Below, in pieces: positions 1 through 9,287 of a stretch of 64,000 nt of DNA. This DNA comes from Bdellovibrionales bacterium. Lineage in GTDB: Bacteria; Bdellovibrionota; Bdellovibrionia; Bdellovibrionales; UBA1609. The stretch is taken from NCBI GenBank assembly GCA_965199825.1, contig OZ241329.1, positions 2,048,001-2,112,000 of the forward strand, in the 5' to 3' direction. The notes beneath the pieces are model-generated. The model was not told where the DNA came from. It did not search any database and saw only the letters and a program-made list of their open reading frames with translations. Each line of letters begins with the position of its first letter. Positions within the stretch are counted from its first letter, which is position 1. The position numbers were made by a program, and so were the translations under genes.

Positions 1-600
1 ATACAGTCCGAGTCTACCAAAAAAAGTATTTACCGAATGGGCAAAGGCCTCTTTCATTGTGATGTAAGTGGTCCAGCGATTGAGTTCAGATTTCAAAACA
101 TTTCTTTTATAGAGAGTATGGCTCGATCCGTTGTAGGGCAAAATGGTGTCGGGAGTTGCAAGGTTCTGGTCAAGTGCGGCTGTTGCGGTGACAAGTTTAA
201 AAACCGAGGCCGCTGGGAATGTGGCCGAGACCGCAAAGTTTTTTGGAAATTTTGAGCGATTGTAGCTGCTCATCGCAAGAACTCGGCCGGTTGACGCATT
301 GAGTGCAACAAGGCCTGCATAATCGGGTTGATATTTTTTAAGTAACCCATCAGTAAGATTCTGCATTTCGGTATCAAGGCCGTACTCGATCTCAACCGGC
401 TCTTGTCCCTCGGCCTGAATGGTTTGGGGATAAATATTTTGATTTATCTGATTTGTGATCTGATCCGAAATCCAAGATTTGGTGTAAAGGGGAGTCTTCA
501 TCACCTCGATACTTGGGCCAAAGATCAGCCACATCAAAAAAACAAACATCGAACATGCCGATGTGAGGAGGGCCAAAATCTGGATGCGATCACGACTCAT
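1..600 (-). CDS. Penicillin-binding transpeptidase domain protein (partial, runs off left edge; absent from ORF track)
   Basis: Manual translation from ATG at 600: MSRDRIQILALLTSACSMFVFLMWLIFG (TM anchor)...GLVALNASTGRVLAM...FPAASVFKLVTATAAL, containing the SxxK motif. Confidence 0.85.
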   Translation of the reverse strand, partial: MSRDRIQILALLTSACSMFVFLMWLIFGPSIEVMKTPLYTKSWISDQITNQINQNIYPQTIQAEGQEPVEIEYGLDTEMQNLTDGLLKKYQPDYAGLVALNASTGRVLAMSSYNRSKFPKNFAVSATFPAASVFKLVTATAALDQNLATPDTILPYNGSSHTLYKRNVLKSELNRWTTYITMKEAFAHSVNTFFGRLGLY

Positions 601-643
601 CTTCAAATTGTGACATGAAAAATTTGAGACGTCGACTGAGGCT

Positions 644-1261
644 TTAGTCCTTAATTACTAGCTGATTTTTAAGTTCGTTGCGCGCGCCTGCTTGCTCGGG
701 AAAGTGGGAGTGAAGAATCTGGCCCACACTTTCGATCGCGTTGATCAAAGCCTTGGTCAGATCTTTTTGGCCCGCACGCTGAGTGAGTTGGGTTAAAATA
801 TTTTGCCAGACTGAGGCGTCTAGTTTTTGTGCAATACCTTGATCAGCCAAAATCACCGCACGTTTTTCAAACAGCGATAAAAAAATCAGCACACCGATTT
901 TGTTGTGGGTGAGGTGAACACCATTTTGATAAAATTCGTAAAACGCTCTCGCCTCGACCATTTTTTTTTGATCCCCACGTGGAGTAAAAAAACGCTCAAT
1001 CACATCAAGAGTGCCGGCCCAGTAGCTGATCAATATTATCGATAGACTGAGCAGAGCAAAAATCCAAAAGGGCGGATAAAATAACTCGATCCCAAAGATC
1101 AAAGTTAGCCCGCACAGCAGAGTACAAATCCGAGCATGTCCAGTGGTGCAGCACTTTGAAACAACCATCGGCACAATTTCGCCTTCGGTTTGGGCCTCGG
1201 CCTTCATCAGTGCGGTTTCGATGAGATTGAGTTCCTCATTTGTAAATCGAATTTTCACCAA
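644..1261 (-). CDS. TPM domain membrane protein
   Basis: AEAQTEGEIV, GVLIFLSLFEKRAVILADQGI, NELKN motifs; third gene of lemA-TPM-TPM operon. Confidence 0.85.
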   Translation of the reverse strand: MVKIRFTNEELNLIETALMKAEAQTEGEIVPMVVSKCCTTGHARICTLLCGLTLIFGIELFYPPFWIFALLSLSIILISYWAGTLDVIERFFTPRGDQKKMVEARAFYEFYQNGVHLTHNKIGVLIFLSLFEKRAVILADQGIAQKLDASVWQNILTQLTQRAGQKDLTKALINAIESVGQILHSHFPEQAGARNELKNQLVIKD

Positions 1262-1974
1262 TCCCCCGAGGCGCCGCCGCCCGAAAATCCACCGCCGCCG
1301 CCGGACCAGCCGCCACCGCCGCTGCCTCCACCAAATCCGCCTCCGAAACCTCCGCCGCCAAAACCTCCGCCAAAGCCGCCACGCGGAAAAAATCCTCCGC
1401 CGCGAAACACAAACATTAAAAAAACCACTAACACAATAATCATAATCAGCGAAATCGAGTGGGGTGCATCTTCCACCACAACACCTTGACGCTCAAAGTA
1501 TGAGGCAAAATCAAAATCGGGAGCCACAGTGTGAACGATGGTATACACGCCAGTTATAATGCCCTCGGCATAATGATTTTGGCGGAACAACGGCAGCATA
1601 TTTTCGTCGATAATTCGTTTTGCCCGAGCATCGGGAAGATCGCCTTCAAGGCCTCGTCCGACCTCAATTCGCACTTTGTGTTCTTTTAAGGCTAAAAGAA
1701 CCAAGATTCCCTTATCCTCTTTTAATTTTCCGAGCTTCCATTGATCCACAACCCGAATCGAAAACTCATTAAGGTCATCCCCCTCAAGGGATTCAATTGC
1801 GAGCACGTTGATCTGAATTTGGGTTTGGTCATTGAGCGCGTGCAGAGCTCGATTGAGTTTTACTTCGGTCGAGTGTTTTAAGACCTCAACTTCCTGAACC
1901 ACACTGCCGGTGAGGCTTGGAACCTCACGGGCAAATACGGAAAACTGAAGTAAAAGCCAAAAAACAATCATCAA
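1255..1974 (-). CDS. TPM domain (YgcG-like) protein with Gly-rich tail
   Basis: WKLG..DKGILVLLA...RIEVGRGLEGDLPD; C-terminal GGGGGFSGGGASGDW. Confidence 0.9.
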   Translation of the reverse strand: MMIVFWLLLQFSVFAREVPSLTGSVVQEVEVLKHSTEVKLNRALHALNDQTQIQINVLAIESLEGDDLNEFSIRVVDQWKLGKLKEDKGILVLLALKEHKVRIEVGRGLEGDLPDARAKRIIDENMLPLFRQNHYAEGIITGVYTIVHTVAPDFDFASYFERQGVVVEDAPHSISLIMIIVLVVFLMFVFRGGGFFPRGGFGGGFGGGGFGGGFGGGSGGGGWSGGGGGFSGGGASGDW

Positions 1975-2540
1975 AATTGAACTTTGGGTGCGGTTTGAAT
2001 TTGCTCAACGTTTGAAACGGTCCATTGAGGCATCTTTGGGTGATGATAAAAAATGCTGTTGGTGAAACTGGTTGGTGGAACAGAAATTAGATCATTAAAC
2101 GCCTGAATATTATCAATATGACGTTTACGAGCCACTGTAATTCGATTTTCTGTCCCCTCAAGTTGGGCCTGAAGCTCACGAAAGTTAGCATCACTTTTTA
2201 GTTGCGGATAATTTTCGGTGACCATCATCAATCGACCTAGAGCTTGGCTTAATTCCCCTTGAGCCGCTTGATATTTTTTTACCGATTCTATGTCTGAAGG
2301 CTTAAGGGTCACTTGTGTTGCATGAGCGCGCGCTTCGGTGACGCCGACCAAAACACTCTCTTCTTGTTTGGCATAACCTTTAACCGTGTTAACAAGGTTA
2401 GGAATCAAATCGGCGCGGCGTTGATATTGATTGGTGATTTCGGCGAGTGAGCCTTCCACCGCGTTGTTGGCCTGAGGGATACTTTGCACCCCGCAACCGG
2501 TCAGTAGCAAAAAACAAAAACACAATACTTGGGTGCGCAT
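1971..2540 (-). CDS. lemA: LemA family lipoprotein
   Basis: YQRRADLIPNLVNTVKGYA, ENYPQLKS, LEGTENRITVAR; lipobox LTGC; AAGGAG SD favours ATG at 2540. Confidence 0.92.
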   Translation of the reverse strand: MRTQVLCFCFLLLTGCGVQSIPQANNAVEGSLAEITNQYQRRADLIPNLVNTVKGYAKQEESVLVGVTEARAHATQVTLKPSDIESVKKYQAAQGELSQALGRLMMVTENYPQLKSDANFRELQAQLEGTENRITVARKRHIDNIQAFNDLISVPPTSFTNSIFYHHPKMPQWTVSNVEQIQTAPKVQF

Positions 2541-3906
2541 GATCACTCCTTTATTAAAAATTTATTTCCACTGGCTGAATCTAGCAGCAATCTTACTGAT
2601 TTGCATTTTATCGTTTCGGTTTGCAGAGGCCAAAGATTGTCTTGAACTTGCAACCCGATCTCCCTTGGTCTGTTTACGAAACCCAAAAAACTGCACCCCG
2701 TCTGAAACGCTAGGTTTATTTACTTCTTGTCACAAGCAATATCTTCAATCGTGCCTTCATCTTGTAAAGGCCATAACACAAGAAAAACACGACACCCCTT
2801 TGAGCGTCCTTGTCGATGAGTTCTTATTTTTTGATCAAGAGTTCTGTGATCAGGCTCGAGCCCTTAAAAATCAGGTCAATTTGATTTTGGTAAAGGAGCC
2901 TGCCAAATACATGCGAGACCCTGGATTTTTTAGCTCTCAAGGTATTTATTCAGCCTTGCCCTACGGAATCATGGGAGCTCAATCGGTCGCAACTTTTTTT
3001 GCCCAATGCCCGGGAATCAAAGTGGAACAAGCCTTAAAAGGTGAAAATTTAGTAAATAATAAAAATTTATATGAGGATAACCTCGATCCCCAAACTTTTG
3101 AATTGCGAGCCGATGGTGGGAATATTTTGTTTTTAAATCCTTCCACCGTGCTTGTAGGCGAAACTCACGCCAGGCCATTTCCGAAACAGATCGAAGAATA
3201 TTTAAAACAGAACAAAAAAGTGATCAAAATCAAAGTGCCGAATTTACAAGTTGGGCATCTCGACGAGATTTTTTTTATCAATCCCAATCGACAGCAGTGT
3301 GAAATTTTGGTGGCTTCGCCTCAACAAATGAAAACCTTTTTGACCCAGAATAAAAATCTTGAACTTTATCCAGAACCTTTGAGTCCTGAGCAACGCGCTC
3401 AACTCGAAATCGCTTTTGATCAAATTCAGATTCGGAACTCATCGAAGCGGCCACTGCCACTGGAATGGAAATCAAAATTTGAGAGTAAAAAAATGATCAC
3501 TGCTGACCAAGTTTTGGCTAACAAAATTTTGATGGCACAGTGGACCCTGTGGCAAAATCAAATTGATGCAGCAAAACTAAAAATCAAGCAAGCCGCTCGA
3601 TGCGCGGTTCATTTTCGAGATCTTCCTGTTTTTTGGAATTTAAAGGGGCAAGCGATCTTGACCAATCCAGTAAACAGCATTTATTTAAATAAAAAGTATT
3701 TAATTTCGAAGCCGTATTTAATTTCAAAGGTCACTTATGAATTTAAAAATCAAATAGAAGGACGAATATCAACAATGCCCTTTTTGATCTATGAAAAGGC
3801 TATTCAAAGTCAATTAGGTTTGGTGAAATTTGTCGATTTAAAAGACTATGATGAGGGTGGCGGCAATGTTCATTGTGCCACCCAGCAGATCCTATGCACG
3901 CATTAA
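2533..3906 (+). CDS. Secreted protein-arginine deiminase / amidinotransferase-fold (pentein) enzyme; start uncertain
   Basis: YMRD, DGGNI, VGHLDEIF and GGNVHCATQ catalytic-type motifs; signal-peptide-like N-terminus ending AEA. Confidence 0.7.
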   Translation: MRMITPLLKIYFHWLNLAAILLICILSFRFAEAKDCLELATRSPLVCLRNPKNCTPSETLGLFTSCHKQYLQSCLHLVKAITQEKHDTPLSVLVDEFLFFDQEFCDQARALKNQVNLILVKEPAKYMRDPGFFSSQGIYSALPYGIMGAQSVATFFAQCPGIKVEQALKGENLVNNKNLYEDNLDPQTFELRADGGNILFLNPSTVLVGETHARPFPKQIEEYLKQNKKVIKIKVPNLQVGHLDEIFFINPNRQQCEILVASPQQMKTFLTQNKNLELYPEPLSPEQRAQLEIAFDQIQIRNSSKRPLPLEWKSKFESKKMITADQVLANKILMAQWTLWQNQIDAAKLKIKQAARCAVHFRDLPVFWNLKGQAILTNPVNSIYLNKKYLISKPYLISKVTYEFKNQIEGRISTMPFLIYEKAIQSQLGLVKFVDLKDYDEGGGNVHCATQQILCTH

Positions 3907-5033
3907 AGATGAATGTTTTGGCATTGCTCGCTCAAGCGAACATTTTGGATTCCCATTTTTTGATTTGCACGACAGGTAAAGATTTGTGTCGGTGTTGACC
4001 CTGATGCATTAGCTCGATCAATCCGCGCACCTGCTTCACGCAACATCCGGTCATAAAAACGGTAATCTGAATTATTGGCGGCGTAGTGGAGTGGAAGATT
4101 GCCATCGGCATCGGCGGTTTTCCAGTTGATGGCGGGGCCTAAGAACAATGCATCCAAGATATCATATTGATCTTGCAAGGCAGCCCAATGAAACACATTA
4201 CGGTTTTTAAAATCGACAATTTTAAGATCAACAAACCCACATCCCAAGAGTGCTTTTGTCGAAGCCAAAGATCCGGCTTGAACCGCAAGCATCAACGGGG
4301 TCTGTCCATTGCGATCTTGCGAATTAAAAAGTCGACGCCGGCCAAGTTGGGTTGGCATTTCGCGCTCGATCAAATCCAAATATTTTGCATACCAAGCGTT
4401 GTCACTATACTGACGAATAATCCAAGCCAGTGCGCGTGCTCGCCCCGCAGAGGCTGCGGTATGAAGCGGTGTGCGCCCAAGCTCATCCACCATCATCATG
4501 TCAAAATGGATTGAAGCTCTCGCATCAAACAATGTTTGCATCACTCGATCATTGTTTGCGACATGGACGGCTCGCTCGCCATTCATCGATCGGGGATCAA
4601 GCTCATCGGCACTCAATTTTTGTCGAGTTCCATTACGAATGATATTTAAAACCGCATCGTTGATGCCGCTTTCGGCAGCCAAAAAGAGATAAGAGTTGCC
4701 ATGCAAATTTACCGCTCTCACATCGAGATTGGGATGTTTTGAAAGTGGAATCGCAATCTCTTCGAATCCACGGACCAGACTCAATTCAAGTGGAGTAAAT
4801 CCAGATGCATCTCGCATATTGATGTCTGCACCCGCACGAATCATTTTTTTTACCGCTGAAAGATTTCTATCTTTGACAGCCTCACTCAAAGATCTCGGCT
4901 CACTCTCTTGCGTCTCAGGTAGGTTTGGTCGCGACTGTTCGAAGCGTTCTGGTGGGGAGCCATTTTCGTTTTTGGCACAACCCCACAGAGCAGCAACGTT
5001 TAGCATTAACCATAACCGAAGTGTTTTCGGCAT
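3903..5033 (-). CDS. Ankyrin-repeat lipoprotein
   Basis: Lipobox LWGC; repeats GFTPLELS, GRTPLHTAA, GQTPLMLAV, GNLPLHYAA and others; GAGGAG SD. Confidence 0.88.
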   Translation of the reverse strand: MPKTLRLWLMLNVAALWGCAKNENGSPPERFEQSRPNLPETQESEPRSLSEAVKDRNLSAVKKMIRAGADINMRDASGFTPLELSLVRGFEEIAIPLSKHPNLDVRAVNLHGNSYLFLAAESGINDAVLNIIRNGTRQKLSADELDPRSMNGERAVHVANNDRVMQTLFDARASIHFDMMMVDELGRTPLHTAASAGRARALAWIIRQYSDNAWYAKYLDLIEREMPTQLGRRRLFNSQDRNGQTPLMLAVQAGSLASTKALLGCGFVDLKIVDFKNRNVFHWAALQDQYDILDALFLGPAINWKTADADGNLPLHYAANNSDYRFYDRMLREAGARIDRANASGSTPTQIFTCRANQKMGIQNVRLSEQCQNIHL

Positions 5034-5105
5034 TTGATCTCCTCGTCTCTGTTAGTAGAGTTATGACTCGGCTCAGGCAAAAAATCAAATTTAGGATACG
5101 TCGTC

Positions 5106-5714
5106 CTAAAGCCAGTGATAGTTGAAACTAATGGAAGGGCGCGGCAAATTGTGGCGCTGAAATGGCACCTCATGACGAAGCCAACTCTCGAATAATATAA
5201 CTGATCCTGTAGATGGCGCGTACGCAACATGAGATGAATCCTTCTTGGTGCGTGGTGAAGCCATTTTGAAACTGCTCCTTGGATCTTCGAAAATAATAGG
5301 CGCATCTTTTTCAGAAACCACCGGATAATATGTTCCACTCAACACGGACAAGGGATGAATGTGCGATCCATGTGCCCCGCCTTCTTCTAAAATGTTGACC
5401 CACATTTCGGACATCAGCAAATTTTTCTGCTGCAGATCCCATCCCAAGGTCCTGACAAACTTCTTAACGTGAGCATCAATATAGTTTTTCAAATCAGCGC
5501 AAACCGATAGGCGCTGATGTAGGTTGTCCCAGGAGCCGTAACTGGTAAACCCATTGGCGTAATTTTTTTTACACCAACGTCGCCCCTCTAAATCAAATTT
5601 TTTTATATCAGTAATCGCATCCATACACAGTCGAGCAAAATTCAAATTCTGTTTTGGTTGAGACATTAGGCGAGCTTGATAAATGGGTGTGGCAAAAAGC
5701 AAATCAATTTTCAC
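5106..5714 (-). CDS. Putative 2OG-Fe(II) oxygenase (TIGR02466-like)
   Basis: LFATPIY, WVNIL..GGAHGSHIHP.SVLSGTYY, LFESWLRHEV, SISFNY; GTG at 5714 overlaps end of pyrC. Confidence 0.8.
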   Translation of the reverse strand: MKIDLLFATPIYQARLMSQPKQNLNFARLCMDAITDIKKFDLEGRRWCKKNYANGFTSYGSWDNLHQRLSVCADLKNYIDAHVKKFVRTLGWDLQQKNLLMSEMWVNILEEGGAHGSHIHPLSVLSGTYYPVVSEKDAPIIFEDPRSSFKMASPRTKKDSSHVAYAPSTGSVILFESWLRHEVPFQRHNLPRPSISFNYHWL

Positions 5715-6975
5715 AAAGCTGAATCCCATTTTTATTCGCGATCGCAACAATCGGAAATGGCAAATGACTATTTATAAAACAAGAATTTTTTGAAAGGCTA
5801 TGAAAGTGATGGGCTCCCCATGGACGTGGCGCGCTTTCGAGATTCACAAATAGACCTCTAAAGGTTTCGCCCTCGCGCAAAGGGTCAATGGTTTCGATAT
5901 TTAAAAATTGGGCAGGCTTCGTCGACCACACCTCAATCAATCGCTCAAGACTCAACATTTTTTGTTGATAGTAAGAGGTGAGCACAGGAAGAGTTGTTTC
6001 AAGCCCAATTGTGCCATTAGCCGAAGTATGAAAGTCATCGTGCTTTGCTGTTTGTTCGTGAGGTGCATGGTCGGTCGCCACAAAATCGATTTGTCCATTG
6101 ATGAGGCCTTTTAATAGAGCTTGCTGATCGCTCGGCGAGCGAAGTGGTGGATTCATTTTAAACGAAGAATTTTTAGGATCGATTTGTTCTGCATTAAAAA
6201 ACAAATGGTGAGGCGAGACCTCGCAAGTTGCCAAAAGTCCCTGGTGTTTTGCCTGCTCAACAAGTTCAAATGTTTTTGCGGCTGAAATATGGAGCACATG
6301 ATAACGAGCTTTTTTAAATTTATTCAAAAGATCGAGGTCGCGTTGGACCATATCGACTTCGGCAGACTCAGGATAAGAATTTATATTTAAACTCTTTTGG
6401 ATGGAGCCGGGTGCAAGCGCTCCGCCATGACCCTCCATTTCGGCATGCTGCAAAAGAGGAACTCCCGTCTTTTCACAAATCGCAAACGCTTCCGACATCA
6501 ACTGATCTGACATCACCCCACGCCCGTCATCGGTAAATCCTTTGACGTCATGTTTTGCGAGCTCAGAGAGTGGTGCTAATTTTTTGCCTTGTTGGCCTTC
6601 GGTGATTGCGGTGGTAAAAAAAACTTCGACATCATAACGCTCAGATTCGGTTTCAACCGACTGTCTTGCCTGATTGAGAACTTCTACCGAATCGATCACG
6701 GGCTGCGTATTCGGCATTGTCAAAAGAGCTGCGTAACCTCCGAAAAAGGCGGCTTCAAGTCCGGTTGCTGCAGTCTCTTTGTGCGGCTGACCGGGCACTC
6801 TAAGATGGGCTTGAACATCCACACCTCGCGGAAGAAACGTTAAATTGCTCAAAGGTGTTGAGCCTTGTTCCGTGGATTTCTCGATTTTTTGAATTCGTCC
6901 TTGATCAACAAAAATATTGTAACGATCAAGCGCTCTGCCGTCAGGCGTGCACAAAAGATTCTGATATATAGTCAT
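5704..6975 (-). CDS. pyrC: Dihydroorotase (type I-like)
   Basis: DVQAHLRVPG, MPNTQPVID, FTDDG, CEVSPHHL, FKMNPPLR, ATDHAPH; ATG at 6975 is the likely start. Confidence 0.88.
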   Translation of the reverse strand: MTIYQNLLCTPDGRALDRYNIFVDQGRIQKIEKSTEQGSTPLSNLTFLPRGVDVQAHLRVPGQPHKETAATGLEAAFFGGYAALLTMPNTQPVIDSVEVLNQARQSVETESERYDVEVFFTTAITEGQQGKKLAPLSELAKHDVKGFTDDGRGVMSDQLMSEAFAICEKTGVPLLQHAEMEGHGGALAPGSIQKSLNINSYPESAEVDMVQRDLDLLNKFKKARYHVLHISAAKTFELVEQAKHQGLLATCEVSPHHLFFNAEQIDPKNSSFKMNPPLRSPSDQQALLKGLINGQIDFVATDHAPHEQTAKHDDFHTSANGTIGLETTLPVLTSYYQQKMLSLERLIEVWSTKPAQFLNIETIDPLREGETFRGLFVNLESAPRPWGAHHFHSLSKNSCFINSHLPFPIVAIANKNGIQLCEN

Positions 6976-7061
6976 GGGGCTGCGGTAACATAATTTTTTT
7001 GGTTCGTATAGCGGAGCGTGAAGGAGTGGTAATTTTTTATTTAAAATATACAAAATTAGTT

Positions 7062-7409
7062 TATTTGTAGCGGGTAGAAAGATTTTTGTCGTGCCCGCAA
7101 AAAATATTATCGGAAATTGAGTGCGGAATTTTTTTGTGAACACGAATTGCCGAATTTTCTACGGCGGTGAGGACTTTTGAATATGGGGTAATGTCATTAA
7201 ACACATTCGTGCCCATAAACCTGACGTCATCTCAGGTTCTAAAATGATGTTGATCACGATAAGTCCTGCGGTGTTTTAGTTTGGTTTGAATTTTAATCAG
7301 ATTGGCACAAATAAAATTAAGTGGGTCCAATTTAAGTCTGTGGAGTTTTTGATGTAAATGTTGTCGTGCCCACTCACAGTTTGTCGTGCCCGTACCTTCG
7401 TTCACAAAA
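7062..7409. repeat. Cluster of short TTGTCGTGCCC(R) repeats and imperfect inverted pairs (REP-like or integrase arm-site-like)
   Basis: TTGTCGTGCCC at 7086, 7361, 7381; TCGTGCCC at 7207; inverted variant TTTGTGAACACGAAT at ~7133. Confidence 0.6.
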
Positions 7410-7708
7410 TCGCGTGAGAGCTCGACATGAATACCGAATGTGGTTCAAGTAAAGAATGACAACTTCAGACAACAATTGAAATGTAATCTCATCAAACACT
7501 CGAGGGGCAAATCCCAATGTTCATTTATCAATAAAGCTCTCTTTATTAATAAAATGGTCGAATTAAAAATGAACTGAGTGGGATGCGGTAATATCTAAGC
7601 GCGAAATGAAGCCACACAAACAAATGTTTTGATTGTGGAGTCGTCTCGCAAAACTATTGAAGAGTTATTTCGATGTTTTTACCCAATGAGATTTCAAAAA
7701 AACAAAAG

Positions 7709-7785
7709 TGGAGCGGGTGAACGGGCTCGAACCGTCGACCTATACCTTGGCAAGGTATCGCTCTAGCCAACTGAGCTACACCCGC
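7709..7785 (-). tRNA. tRNA-Gly (anticodon GCC), encoded CCA
   Basis: Reverse complement GCGGGTGTAGCTCAGTTGGCTAGAGCGATACCTTGCCAAGGTATAGGTCGACGGTTCGAGCCCGTTCACCCGCTCCA folds as a cloverleaf. Confidence 0.97.
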
Positions 7786-7823
7786 TCGACAAACACAGTC
7801 TTAGTTGTCCTGAAATAGAAATG

Positions 7824-9287
7824 TCAAAAAGAATCCTCAGATGGTTCAACACTTAAATCTTTTCCGTGTTGGAGGCGCCATTTGGCGTAGCCGCTTTTGT
7901 CCACAACCGTTTCGATTTTGAGATCTCCTTCGAGGCCAGCTGTCAGATAGGTCAAATACTTTCCTTCGATCACCGAAGGTCTTAAAAGTGGCCGACCGTG
8001 GAGCGACATTCTCCCTATGACCTGACCGTTTTCGGGATTAAAAAGACAGATTCGGGTTTTCATACAAGGAGCACCCAAAACCCAGCCTTTATTGGCCCAA
8101 CGAATTTTTGTTTCATTAATGGATTGAGCATTGAGTCTAAATGAAAATGCCCAAGCATGAGTGAGATCGGTTTCTAATTGAAAATGCCATTTCTTTTCAC
8201 CTGTCTTGGCATCGAGAACATCCAGCATGTGATTTGGCGAAATGACGGCTAGCAAATTGTATGAGGGTACAAAGGCCTGGATGGTGCTCAAGTTATTTTC
8301 AAATTCGGTTTCCCAATTTTTGCGGCCGCGAAGGCTATAAGAAACAATTTGGCCGGTTTTGGTGGTGGCAAATAAATTATCGCCCTCAATCGTTGGCGGT
8401 TTGAGTGGGGACGAGGGGAGAGTGATCTGCCAAAGCAATTTCATTGTGGCAAAATCATAGGCGATTATTTTTTGATTTTGAGAAACAAATAGCATCTCTT
8501 CAGAATCATCAAGGCTGATCTCAACTGGGGCTTCATCAAGCTCGGGCGAAATCGGAAAGGTCCGATCGATGTCACCATGGGCTCTTTTGAGACTCACAAG
8601 ATGAAGCCCCATTTTTTTCATTGGAACATCTTTTTCTTTTTTGAGAACTTTTTGATTTAGCCTTACACGCAATGGATCTTGAGAATTGGTGAACACAAAA
8701 ACTTTTTCGCCCACCAAAAATGGCGCGCTGTAGATGTGAACGTTAAGATCGTTCATCCAAAGCATCTGGCCCGTGGAACTCAAAATCGAAAAAATTTTGC
8801 CATCAGCTAATGCGGTGTAGGTGGCGGCAAGGTCAAATGTTGGCGGATACAATGTTGAGGTATTTTTTAAAAAATTAAATTGCCATTTTTCGCCGTCTAT
8901 CTTTTTAAGGCTCAATTCTCCTTGTGAAAACACCTGGCCGTTGAACAAGCTCAAAAGCCCTTCATCATTAATTTTTACATGGAGTGAATTGACCGCCACA
9001 TTATAAAAATTGTGACTCCAAATTTTTGGGTTAGGCTCAATACCTGAATGCGATAAAGGTCCAAATTCGGAGGGTTTGCCCCGATCAAGAGAAAATGGTT
9101 TTTGTTTAAGGAGTGAGGGGATGGGCTGAGAGTGTTCGTTCTTGCGTTTTGATAAGGCCAATTTGTAATCAATTTGATCATACAAAAACGGATTATTAAT
9201 CAACACAAGTGCGATCACCGCAATGCTGAATACGGTAAACGAAAATTTCCAGTACCATGCTACTCGGCGGTAGGAGTTGTATTCCAC
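7824..9287 (-). CDS. Membrane-anchored PQQ-like beta-propeller (BamB-like repeats) protein
   Basis: N-terminal TM; repeated S.TGQMLW, DAKTGEKKW, NPENGQVIG blades. Confidence 0.75.
   Translation of the reverse strand: MEYNSYRRVAWYWKFSFTVFSIAVIALVLINNPFLYDQIDYKLALSKRKNEHSQPIPSLLKQKPFSLDRGKPSEFGPLSHSGIEPNPKIWSHNFYNVAVNSLHVKINDEGLLSLFNGQVFSQGELSLKKIDGEKWQFNFLKNTSTLYPPTFDLAATYTALADGKIFSILSSTGQMLWMNDLNVHIYSAPFLVGEKVFVFTNSQDPLRVRLNQKVLKKEKDVPMKKMGLHLVSLKRAHGDIDRTFPISPELDEAPVEISLDDSEEMLFVSQNQKIIAYDFATMKLLWQITLPSSPLKPPTIEGDNLFATTKTGQIVSYSLRGRKNWETEFENNLSTIQAFVPSYNLLAVISPNHMLDVLDAKTGEKKWHFQLETDLTHAWAFSFRLNAQSINETKIRWANKGWVLGAPCMKTRICLFNPENGQVIGRMSLHGRPLLRPSVIEGKYLTYLTAGLEGDLKIETVVDKSGYAKWRLQHGKDLSVEPSEDSF

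Noticed and set aside
1190..1489. Pro-rich ORF on the + strand and CCG repeats
   Set aside because: Antisense shadow of the Gly-rich tail of the TPM protein
6976..7143. Long N-terminal extensions in the ORF track (pyrC; also purM, rnc, mpl, luxR, tgpA)
   Set aside because: Longest-ORF artefacts; homology, SD or promoter positions support downstream starts
7086..7391. Repeat cluster as a CRISPR array or oriC
   Set aside because: Repeats are only 11 bp with irregular spacing; no cas genes; no DnaA boxes seen
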